From the NCBI GenBank assembly GCA_017965445.1, contig JAGCPZ010000025.1, positions 41,782-105,781 of the forward strand: a stretch of 64,000 nucleotides of DNA. The letters are read 5' to 3'. The notes under the pieces were generated by a model. It ran no database searches. It saw only the letters and a program-made list of their open reading frames with translations, and was not told the origin of the DNA. Position numbers and translations under genes: made by a program. Position 1 is the stretch's first letter; each line of letters starts with the position of its first letter. The DNA is from Fibrobacter sp. (lineage in GTDB: Bacteria; Fibrobacterota; Fibrobacteria; Fibrobacterales; Fibrobacteraceae). Below, one piece after another: positions 47,565 to 56,116 of this stretch.

Positions 47565-48980
47565 TTATTTTTTCAATTTACGAACTAATCGAACACCACC
47601 CAAGGACGCTCCGAAATTAAAATCAGAATAACCATAATTCAGAGATTTCCAATACGGGAAAACATGAGCCTCATATAAAGACTTTTCAAGCCTAGTTTTT
47701 AAATTCCCCCCCTTCAAACAAGAAGGCGTCTTATAATGATTTTTAAAGGGGTTATTTTTTTCAAATAAAACAAACTCACCAGTCAAGCCAAAAACGTCAT
47801 AGAGACCATATTTATTTGGTTTTAGAAGCCCTACAGGTTTTGATGCATACAAATTACTCGTTTTATCACCAATCCAAGCATATTCCAAAACCTTTTCTAC
47901 AGATTCAGCATTTCCCCATATAGAGCGGTTGTTCAAATCACCTGCTCTTGCAAAAACCATCCATTCATCATAATATGGTAAACGATAACCATCGGATAGT
48001 TCATCCACTGTTACCATAACATTTGTTTCATCAGATTTATCAAAATTCAATAGGGAGATGACATACTTGCCTTCTGCTAAAATCACATTGCTTTTACGAT
48101 TTGTCTTTTCAAATTTGTAGTAAGGTTTCAACCCATCTTTCAGACTTCTATAATTAGCATACATAATGGCTTGATAAAGTGTCAATGTATTCGCAGCTGT
48201 ATCATTCACACTACACTTATTTCCTTTTACATCCCTCTTTCTTTTCGCCCATGATTTACTAATTTCATTTCTCTCCTTATTAGTAAGTTTTGGATTTATA
48301 GAAATTTCATCCGAAAGAACAGATGCAATTTCACAATTTGTAGCCAAATAAGTATCCACAAGATATTTATCATTTAATGAAACAATCCTTTCTGGATCTG
48401 GATAAATCCTATTCTTCATATCCAATACAGAATCGCCATAAATACGATTCACTTTTAATTCATAATCATTTCCATAAAAGCCCAATCTATGTTTAGAACG
48501 AGTTAAATCTATAAACTTCATTCCAATAGCAATATTGACTTTATATAACTCTTTCCCATCTATATCCACAACAGACACATAAGATGACCCAACCAACGGT
48601 ATTCCTTCGAATAAGACACAAGAATCATTAACACTCTCACCTTTTAAGCTAGATGAATAGTAATTTGACGATTCAAAACACAACAAAAAGTTTTGATTTT
48701 TCTCAATTTCTATCCAAAAATCATTCTTTTTCAAGGATTCTTTTTTTACAAACAATGTTGTATCTATTCTTACATTCAAATTTTTATTTTTATATCTATC
48801 ATTTTTTTTATAAATATAAATAGGACCATTTTTTTTATAAACATCAGAAATTTCAACGGATGAATCCCTTTGACTTTCCAATTTTTCTACCAACGCGCCT
48901 TTCGCATTATATATGCTAAAATGATCCGCAGCCAACGCATAACATGCCAATACACTTATAAGTATTATCATTTTTTTCAT
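47565..48980 (-). CDS. Secreted FGE-sulfatase/SUMF1 (C-type lectin fold) domain protein
   Basis: Signal peptide; YQAIMYANYRS..DGL.PYY, GYRLPYYDEW..FARAG, PVGLLKPNKYGLYDVFG..GEFV, GVRLVR. Confidence 0.78.
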   Translation of the reverse strand: MKKMIILISVLACYALAADHFSIYNAKGALVEKLESQRDSSVEISDVYKKNGPIYIYKKNDRYKNKNLNVRIDTTLFVKKESLKKNDFWIEIEKNQNFLLCFESSNYYSSSLKGESVNDSCVLFEGIPLVGSSYVSVVDIDGKELYKVNIAIGMKFIDLTRSKHRLGFYGNDYELKVNRIYGDSVLDMKNRIYPDPERIVSLNDKYLVDTYLATNCEIASVLSDEISINPKLTNKERNEISKSWAKRKRDVKGNKCSVNDTAANTLTLYQAIMYANYRSLKDGLKPYYKFEKTNRKSNVILAEGKYVISLLNFDKSDETNVMVTVDELSDGYRLPYYDEWMVFARAGDLNNRSIWGNAESVEKVLEYAWIGDKTSNLYASKPVGLLKPNKYGLYDVFGLTGEFVLFEKNNPFKNHYKTPSCLKGGNLKTRLEKSLYEAHVFPYWKSLNYGYSDFNFGASLGGVRLVRKLKK

Positions 48981-48995
48981 AGTGAATTTCCTTTA

Positions 48996-50681
48996 TTAAT
49001 CATGTAGTATATGTCTTTCGATTTTTTTTGCTTTATAATTTTCTACTATAACATCATATTCATCTTTTGAAGTATGATCTACCCGCAAGTAAGTTTCATT
49101 GCAATATGATGTCGGTGACAATTGATCCCAATAATTCAATCGAAGTGGATCATACCAATACCCATCCACAGAGAGATCTTCGCAGTCTCCTTGAAGACAC
49201 GAAATCTGATTATCATACAACTCTGGGATATATCTTTCTAAAGATCCAACAAAACCTACACCCACACCAGAATAATAGTCCACACCACCAGTACATACAA
49301 CTTGCGATCCTCTATATCGTAATTTTACCCCAGTTGGTTGCTGCCAAGCCATCAAATTAGATTCTGAAGTTGCAGCATTAACTACATAACCAGAATACAA
49401 ACCACTTTCATAATAAAGAGGAATATTTTCTTCATTGAAATTTTTTTCAACATCAGTAAGTCCAAAAGAATGCCCTAATTCATGCATCATAGTGTAATAA
49501 GAACCCACTCCCCCTTTTCCATAAGGAACCCACGCAATCCCCCCCATATGAAGCGTCCCTGAAGTAAAAGCAGCATTTACCGCAGCGGCACCCGGAGTAG
49601 CTGTAACAACAGGATAACCATTCTCAGTAAATAACACACTACAGTCATTGATAGGAACAACCTTGCCATCATTTCCATGTGCACGATATAACTTTTTACC
49701 TTCAGAATTAACACCTTCCTTCAATGTTACAGGTTGAGAACTGCCTCCTCCGCACTCTGAACTTACACGAATATAATACTGAACATTCGATGGTTCATCT
49801 GCAGGATCATACCTTTCATCCAACATAAAACTATAACTATCATCTATAACACGTAACGGCCAATACTTTTCCATTTTATTCACAGCGATAATTGTATTTA
49901 AGAATTCTCTCTTCCCTGAATTTATCAGATTTGCAGCATGTTCATATGCTATATTAAAGGGATCATCCTTAGATTCCTCTTGAACCATCATATTCACGGA
50001 AATATTAATTCCTGACGGCAATCCTAAATCTTCAGGTGTTTTAGTTATAAAATCGCCCTCTAAAACCGCCTGTCCATAAATTTCAGCAAATTTTTGTTCA
50101 ACATCGACTTGATTAAAATAACCATCTTTATAACCAATATCACTTAATCCAGTTCCATTTAACTCAACATACACAATTTTTTTCGGTTTTGGTTGATAAG
50201 CCAAAATTTCAACAAAACGATCAACAGGACAATAAATTCCATTCATGTCAACACCATATAGCTGATAACGACCAGCAGGCAAAGAAACTTCTATACCATC
50301 TTGTATAGGAATATAACTATCCACAGTCGAATTTACATCCTTTAACGCATACGAATTATATATGCCATAAGTTCCATTGGAAAGAACAGGAACAAATAGT
50401 TTATAAGTAGAAAGATCTTCTTTATTCGATACGGTTATATATACATTTTTATCTAATTCTTCATATATTTGTCCATAAGGATTTTTATCAAAGCCATATT
50501 TATACCCTTTAATTTCATTAAAGCCATCTATATGCTCATCCCAAACATACGGACGAATGGCTCCATTATAAACATAATGTTCAATGGGTTTAAAATCAAC
50601 TTCAGGAACATCATCAACAGAACATGAGCAAAGTAATTCTGTAAACAATGCAAACATAAAACAAACTAGATGCTTATTCAT
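48996..50681 (-). CDS. Lipoprotein with HExxH Zn-metallopeptidase motif
   Basis: LCSC lipobox, TMMHELGHSFGLTD, SNLM putative Met-turn. Confidence 0.68.
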   Translation of the reverse strand: MNKHLVCFMFALFTELLCSCSVDDVPEVDFKPIEHYVYNGAIRPYVWDEHIDGFNEIKGYKYGFDKNPYGQIYEELDKNVYITVSNKEDLSTYKLFVPVLSNGTYGIYNSYALKDVNSTVDSYIPIQDGIEVSLPAGRYQLYGVDMNGIYCPVDRFVEILAYQPKPKKIVYVELNGTGLSDIGYKDGYFNQVDVEQKFAEIYGQAVLEGDFITKTPEDLGLPSGINISVNMMVQEESKDDPFNIAYEHAANLINSGKREFLNTIIAVNKMEKYWPLRVIDDSYSFMLDERYDPADEPSNVQYYIRVSSECGGGSSQPVTLKEGVNSEGKKLYRAHGNDGKVVPINDCSVLFTENGYPVVTATPGAAAVNAAFTSGTLHMGGIAWVPYGKGGVGSYYTMMHELGHSFGLTDVEKNFNEENIPLYYESGLYSGYVVNAATSESNLMAWQQPTGVKLRYRGSQVVCTGGVDYYSGVGVGFVGSLERYIPELYDNQISCLQGDCEDLSVDGYWYDPLRLNYWDQLSPTSYCNETYLRVDHTSKDEYDVIVENYKAKKIERHILHD

Positions 50682-50695
50682 ACAAATCTCTCCTT

Positions 50696-53600
50696 TTAAT
50701 CTTTATAATCTACAACTTTAAAGTGGAATATATCTGTTGTATTGCCCATGAACAAAACAGATGCTTCATCAAATCCACCCATATTTTGGGGATTACTCGT
50801 GAATAAAATCGGCTTGCCTTTATCCTTCGTCATTGACTGGAATACATAGTTTCCGTTTTCTTTTCCAACACGATAGAAATAGACATCAACTGAACCAACT
50901 CCCGGATATTCATCACCATTTTCCTTCCTTACAGAAATTCTTACCTTAACCCAATCAACCTTAGTCTCATCCCTAGCTTCAATAAAGGACCGCATCACTC
51001 TAGCAACATTCGATTTTCCAAGATATTTTCTGCCCCATGCAGACGGTATCTTATCAAATATTGGAATAGTAGGATCAACAACAGTAATTCCATCTTCCAA
51101 ATTCAAGAAACCAATTATAACATCGGCTCCTAAGAAAGTCCATGCATACGCACCCAACATAATTTCACCATCTTTACGTTCCCCGTTCAATATATCATAA
51201 GCAGGCATAAAAACACTTACCATTCCAGCTTTAAGCAGGGGAGACGCGCTAGAAAGATTTATACCAGCATCATACCCCATATACATTTTAGATCCTGCCG
51301 GATTATTTTCATCTATAAATTTGGGGTCACCCACAAAAATATTTACCCCAGGATAACTTTTTGAAAAAGATGTATTAACTACAGTATAACCACCAACCAC
51401 TTCATCAACACATTCACCAGGAGCACAATTTGGTGTAATATTCTTCCAGAAAATGCTGTTTCCAATAGCGCCATTTGCGTTACCACCAATGGCCGGATTC
51501 GAAACCAAAGCTACATTCGCAAAGAACGTTGAGTTCCACAAATTCAACACTGCGGCCTCATTATTTATAGCACCCCCATTTTCTGCTGCATGGTTATTGT
51601 AGAAAATACCATTGCCGATATAAGCATTACCACTTGCAAGCTCAATTGCACCACCTTTCTTTGCAGAGTGATTACCAAAATAAATCGCATTGAGCATTTT
51701 AGTTTCACCATTAGCAGCAACGGCACCGCCATCGCCCAAAGCGGCATTACCAGAGAACCTAACATTTTCAAGATTCAAAACTCCAGCAGCATATAAGGCA
51801 CCGCCATCACCATGCGATTTAGCGTCAGAGATTATAACATTATCAACAGTAAGCTTTTCATTATTCGCTCTAACAGCACCACCATTGCCCACGTTAAATC
51901 CGTTTGCAATTCGCATGCCTACCAAACTACGCGGTGACCGTCCTTCAATTTCAATATGGGATGTTTCACCAAGATTAATAAGTGGTAAATCCTGTTCAGA
52001 TTTTAATGATTTAATATTATCAGCGAAACCAACCAATTCAAAACCAACTTTCCAAGGAACAATACCATCACTAAAATTATTAGCAGCATTCCATGTACCA
52101 CCAGCCATATTGATTTCACGGCCAGTAGTCTTTGCAATTTCAAGAACGGTTTCAAAATCGCCGATTGCTGTTGCAACAGTAGAACCATCGCACCCATCCT
52201 TACACGGAGTCTGCGGATTCCAATAAACGCGATAATTTGAGTTCTTCACAAATTCAAATTTGTAATTGCTGCTAAACGCCTCAACCGGGAAGCCCGAAAT
52301 CATATCACGAGAAACCGATATGTTCACCGTGGCATTAGACGAGGAAAGATCAATAACCTTAGAATCGCCTCCATTAATTTTCACATTTGAATTCTTGGAA
52401 TATACATACATTTCCACCGATTCCGCCGTCGTAGGCAACACGGAGCGATAACGGTAAATTCCAGATTCAAAGAACGGACCAAAATGTTCCTCGCTATGAG
52501 AAATTTCATCTATATGCGGCTGTTGCGAAACTGTAGATTGAGGTTCAATTCTAAACTTATTCGCATATACCCCACCCACTAAATGAGAGCGAGACGGAAC
52601 ATTAACATACGCTGCCGGAGCAATAATCGAACCAAAATACAAACCATCCGTTCCCAAATTCACAGAAGTTCCAGCAATCTTCCATGATATTTCGTTCGGA
52701 CTGCCGCCGATGATTGCGAAACGGTTTCTATCGCCAAAACGGACATTTCCCGCCACAGCAATAGACACAGGGCCAGAAGTCATATCAAACGTGAAATTAG
52801 CATCGGGTTCAGTAAAGAAGCTCTGGAATGTATAGGAACCAGAAGAAAACGTCACTTTAGACCTTGCATTGGCATAAAACGTTCCATAATCGCCTGGAGG
52901 AAGAATCACAGATTCATCCAAATTAACAGAAATTGGTTCCACACCAGCAGATAATTCACGAAGAGCAACAACCGGTTTCACCAAAGAAGCCTGTTTCTTT
53001 GATGACGCAACAACATTATTTTGTTCCATACAAGGATTGCCATATTGCAAATTCCCTTCCATATAAGCTCTTTCATTCAAAGTACATTCATTTGACGCAT
53101 CTACGTTTCCATAAATTTTAGAATCCGCTCCCAACTGAAGTTTCGCGCCAAAGATATCCCCTAAAGCCATCGAATAAGGGCGAAAATCGACTTCATCGGC
53201 AATAACTGCATAATCCAAAATATCATTGAAATCTACAGTAACATTATTTTCTGTAGTATTTTGAGGATTGGAGCCGCAATCAAGACAAGTCAAACTGACA
53301 TCAGAAAAATAAACTGTGCCAGAACCCTTTCCAAGATTAAATTCAAGACGCGCATTATCAACGCTGCCAGACCCCATTTTAAATGTTTTGGTTATAACGC
53401 GACCATTGACTGTTGCCGCAATTTCGCCAAATTCAGCAAAAGCATCATAAGGAGCGCCGTCTCTACCAATTCGAATTTCGGTATTTTTTCTTTCCCCAAC
53501 ACCCTGCAAAAAGAATTTCAGTTCATACGTCTTATCGGCTTGTAGCTCAACATTCCTACGAGTCAATTGAACATGCCAATAGTCATAGCCTCCATAGTAA

Positions 53601-53779
53601 ACGGAGACAGTTCCATCATTAATAGTAGCGTAAGCCCCTTCATACATAGCAAGGGACCATTCAGAATACGGGAAATCAACGGCAAAAGACTTCGTCATCG
53701 CCGTCAAAATTACCAGCATCATCAAGCCCCAAAGGGCTGATTTACACCATTTAGAAAATTGAAAAATACATAATTTCAT
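50696..53779 (-). CDS. Large secreted protein: CBM4_9-like domain, beta-solenoid (ice-binding/choice-of-anchor-like) region, GGA[IL] pectin-lyase-like beta-helix
   Basis: WHVQL...RLEFNLG...VYFSDVSL; GSIIAPAAYV..LVGGVYA; repeated N.A..GGA[ILV] units; DPKF, SPLLKAG, GAY. Confidence 0.7.
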   Translation of the reverse strand: MKLCIFQFSKWCKSALWGLMMLVILTAMTKSFAVDFPYSEWSLAMYEGAYATINDGTVSVYYGGYDYWHVQLTRRNVELQADKTYELKFFLQGVGERKNTEIRIGRDGAPYDAFAEFGEIAATVNGRVITKTFKMGSGSVDNARLEFNLGKGSGTVYFSDVSLTCLDCGSNPQNTTENNVTVDFNDILDYAVIADEVDFRPYSMALGDIFGAKLQLGADSKIYGNVDASNECTLNERAYMEGNLQYGNPCMEQNNVVASSKKQASLVKPVVALRELSAGVEPISVNLDESVILPPGDYGTFYANARSKVTFSSGSYTFQSFFTEPDANFTFDMTSGPVSIAVAGNVRFGDRNRFAIIGGSPNEISWKIAGTSVNLGTDGLYFGSIIAPAAYVNVPSRSHLVGGVYANKFRIEPQSTVSQQPHIDEISHSEEHFGPFFESGIYRYRSVLPTTAESVEMYVYSKNSNVKINGGDSKVIDLSSSNATVNISVSRDMISGFPVEAFSSNYKFEFVKNSNYRVYWNPQTPCKDGCDGSTVATAIGDFETVLEIAKTTGREINMAGGTWNAANNFSDGIVPWKVGFELVGFADNIKSLKSEQDLPLINLGETSHIEIEGRSPRSLVGMRIANGFNVGNGGAVRANNEKLTVDNVIISDAKSHGDGGALYAAGVLNLENVRFSGNAALGDGGAVAANGETKMLNAIYFGNHSAKKGGAIELASGNAYIGNGIFYNNHAAENGGAINNEAAVLNLWNSTFFANVALVSNPAIGGNANGAIGNSIFWKNITPNCAPGECVDEVVGGYTVVNTSFSKSYPGVNIFVGDPKFIDENNPAGSKMYMGYDAGINLSSASPLLKAGMVSVFMPAYDILNGERKDGEIMLGAYAWTFLGADVIIGFLNLEDGITVVDPTIPIFDKIPSAWGRKYLGKSNVARVMRSFIEARDETKVDWVKVRISVRKENGDEYPGVGSVDVYFYRVGKENGNYVFQSMTKDKGKPILFTSNPQNMGGFDEASVLFMGNTTDIFHFKVVDYKD

Positions 53780-53994
53780 TTCATAAGCCTCATTTTTTAC
53801 AAAAAAATAACAACATAAATTATCTTGTCAATAAAATACATCTATTATAAACTTATTTTTACAAAATATCGTTATTTTTCATGTAAAATACTATTAATTT
53901 TTACACAAAATTCCATTCAAACTATTAAAAACGAGTTTATTTTTACAAACTTTATTAAAATTTTAATAAGTCAAAGAAAATCCCATAAAAAACC

Positions 53995-54020
53995 GACCCC
54001 GGCATAAAGCCAGGGTGACA
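53995..54020 (-). repeat. YGTCA-tagged palindrome
   Basis: Minus strand TGTCACCCTGGCTTTATGCCGGGGTC. Confidence 0.55.
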
Positions 54021-54060
54021 AATGCGGAAGCTAGAGTGACAACAGCAACAAATACTCTGC

Positions 54061-55974
54061 TTAATCCAGCTTATACTTGTCTTTCGCGGCTTCGAGTTCG
54101 GCGCTCGCCTTTTCCCAGGCGGCGTAAAGTTCTTCGGTCTGCTTTTTGTTGTCGTCCATGTCCTTGGCGATAGCGGTAATGGCGTTGCCGTCACCCGATT
54201 CCGAGGCGGTCACAAGTTTCGCTTCGAGTTCGCCGCCAATGGCTTCGGCCTTCGCGATTTCTGCTTCAAGTCGTGCAACTTCTTTTTCAAGCGGCTTGAT
54301 GACTTTACTACGTTCGGCGATGTAGTCGGCACGCACCCTGCGGTCTTCCTTTGTACGGGGAGTCGAGCTCACCGGCTTATCGTCCGTCACATCGATATTC
54401 GAGACCTTGATATTTGCGGAATTCGCACCGCCCGGTTTCTTTTCAGATGCCCAGCCGACCTTTTCCAAGAAGTCGGCATAGCTACCTTCGAACACGCGGC
54501 ACTTGCCGCCATCAAATACAATCAGGCGGTTCGCAAATGCATGCAAAAGCTCTTCGTCATGCGTCACGACGAGAGCCGTACCTTCGTAATCTTCAAGTGC
54601 GTCAATCAAGCTCTCGATGCTTTCCATGTCCAAATGGTTCGTCGGTTCGTCCAGCAAAAGCATATTGCTTTCGTTCGCCAAAATCTTGCCCAACAGCACG
54701 CGACTGCGTTCGCCACCCGAAAGTACCTTGATCTTCTTCATCGCGTTATCGCCGCTGAACATCATCAGCCCAGCGAGGCTACGGGCGCGGCTCTTCTGCG
54801 ACACATCCGCAATCGCCGTCGCAATTTCTTCTTCGACCGTATTCTCAAGATTTAGGCGATTGATGTTCGTCTGTCCAAAATAATTTATCTTGAGGTTCGG
54901 GTTGTAATTAATCGTCCCTTGGGTCGGTTCAATTTCCTTTGCAATCAAATTCAAGAGCGTCGTTTTACCGCGACCGTTCGGACCGATAATCGCAATGCGG
55001 TCGCCCTTGAACACTTCCATTTCGAGGTCGGTAATCAGCTCTGGGCCAAACTTCGGCGCAGCACCTTTATCGCCATTCTCGTCACGGATCGGATACGCAA
55101 AATGGAGCCCGTGAATCTGCAACATGCGCTTACCCGGGAATTCCGCTTCCTTGAAACTGAAATCCAAATTGCGTTCATGCGTAAGGCGTTCGCCCGTCGC
55201 AAGCTTTGCAGCAGCCTTAATCTTTGACTGCACCATCGCAGCCTTTGCCGCCTTGTAGCGGAAGCGTTCGATGACCTTCTCGAGCTGTTCCTTTTTACGT
55301 TGCTCGTTTTCTTGCGTGCGCATTGCCACTTCTTCTTCTTCGGCAATCGTCTCACGCAGCTTTTCGACCGAGCCCTTGACCTTGCGCATTTTGTGGCGAT
55401 GAATCCCCACCGTATGCGTGCAGACCTCGTCCATAAAATGGTGGTCATGCGTAATCAAGAGCACTTCGCCTTTCCACGTGCGCAAAAAGCGGCTGAGCCA
55501 ACGCATGGAAACAATGTCCAAGTAGTTCGTCGGTTCGTCCAGCAAAAGCATATCCGGTTCGCTCGCCAGGACCTTCGCCAAATTCAGACGAATCTGGAAA
55601 CCGCCCGACAAAAGCATCGGGCTCTTGTGCATCGATTCTTCGTCAAAGCCAAGACCAAAGAGAATCGCCTCGACCTTGTGCTCTTCGAGCCAGCCGTCCT
55701 CATTCACCTTGAGCACGCTGCACGCCTCTTCGTGAACCGTCGGGTGCGTGAACTTGATATGCTGCTGCAAATAGCCAATCGTATAACCCTTCGGGATGTC
55801 GATGTTGCCGCCATCAATGCATTCCTGCCCGAGAATCATCTTGAAAAGCGTCGATTTACCGCAACCGTTGCGCCCGACAAGGCCAACGCGTTCGTGGTTT
55901 GCCACAAGCATGCTCGCATTGTCCAAAAGGACCTGCATGCCAAAAGACTTGGAAACGTTCTGAATTTGAATCAC
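54061..55974 (-). CDS. ABC-F family ATP-binding protein
   Basis: GRNGCGKST, LSGGF, LDEPTNYLD; GPNGRGKTT, LSGGE, LDEPTNHLD; no TM segments. Confidence 0.92.
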   Translation of the reverse strand: MIQIQNVSKSFGMQVLLDNASMLVANHERVGLVGRNGCGKSTLFKMILGQECIDGGNIDIPKGYTIGYLQQHIKFTHPTVHEEACSVLKVNEDGWLEEHKVEAILFGLGFDEESMHKSPMLLSGGFQIRLNLAKVLASEPDMLLLDEPTNYLDIVSMRWLSRFLRTWKGEVLLITHDHHFMDEVCTHTVGIHRHKMRKVKGSVEKLRETIAEEEEVAMRTQENEQRKKEQLEKVIERFRYKAAKAAMVQSKIKAAAKLATGERLTHERNLDFSFKEAEFPGKRMLQIHGLHFAYPIRDENGDKGAAPKFGPELITDLEMEVFKGDRIAIIGPNGRGKTTLLNLIAKEIEPTQGTINYNPNLKINYFGQTNINRLNLENTVEEEIATAIADVSQKSRARSLAGLMMFSGDNAMKKIKVLSGGERSRVLLGKILANESNMLLLDEPTNHLDMESIESLIDALEDYEGTALVVTHDEELLHAFANRLIVFDGGKCRVFEGSYADFLEKVGWASEKKPGGANSANIKVSNIDVTDDKPVSSTPRTKEDRRVRADYIAERSKVIKPLEKEVARLEAEIAKAEAIGGELEAKLVTASESGDGNAITAIAKDMDDNKKQTEELYAAWEKASAELEAAKDKYKLD

Positions 55975-56116
55975 GAGACCAAAAATAGATTTTTAAGAGA
56001 AGCAAGGAGCTTGACAGTAATTTCTTTTTTTTACATTTAGAACGGTGTAATAAAATTGTAATATCGGAAACACTGTTTTGACAGCACCAACAGGATAATC
56101 CGAATAAGGAGTTGCA

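Noticed and set aside
45113-48980. Diversity-generating retroelement targeting the FISUMP or FGE-sulfatase C-termini
   Set aside because: Both folds are known DGR targets, but no reverse transcriptase and no adenine-mismatched template repeat is visible in the window
27083-55974. ABC-F genes as antibiotic-resistance factors
   Set aside because: Both look like housekeeping Uup/YheS-type proteins with host-like composition and no leader-peptide attenuator seen
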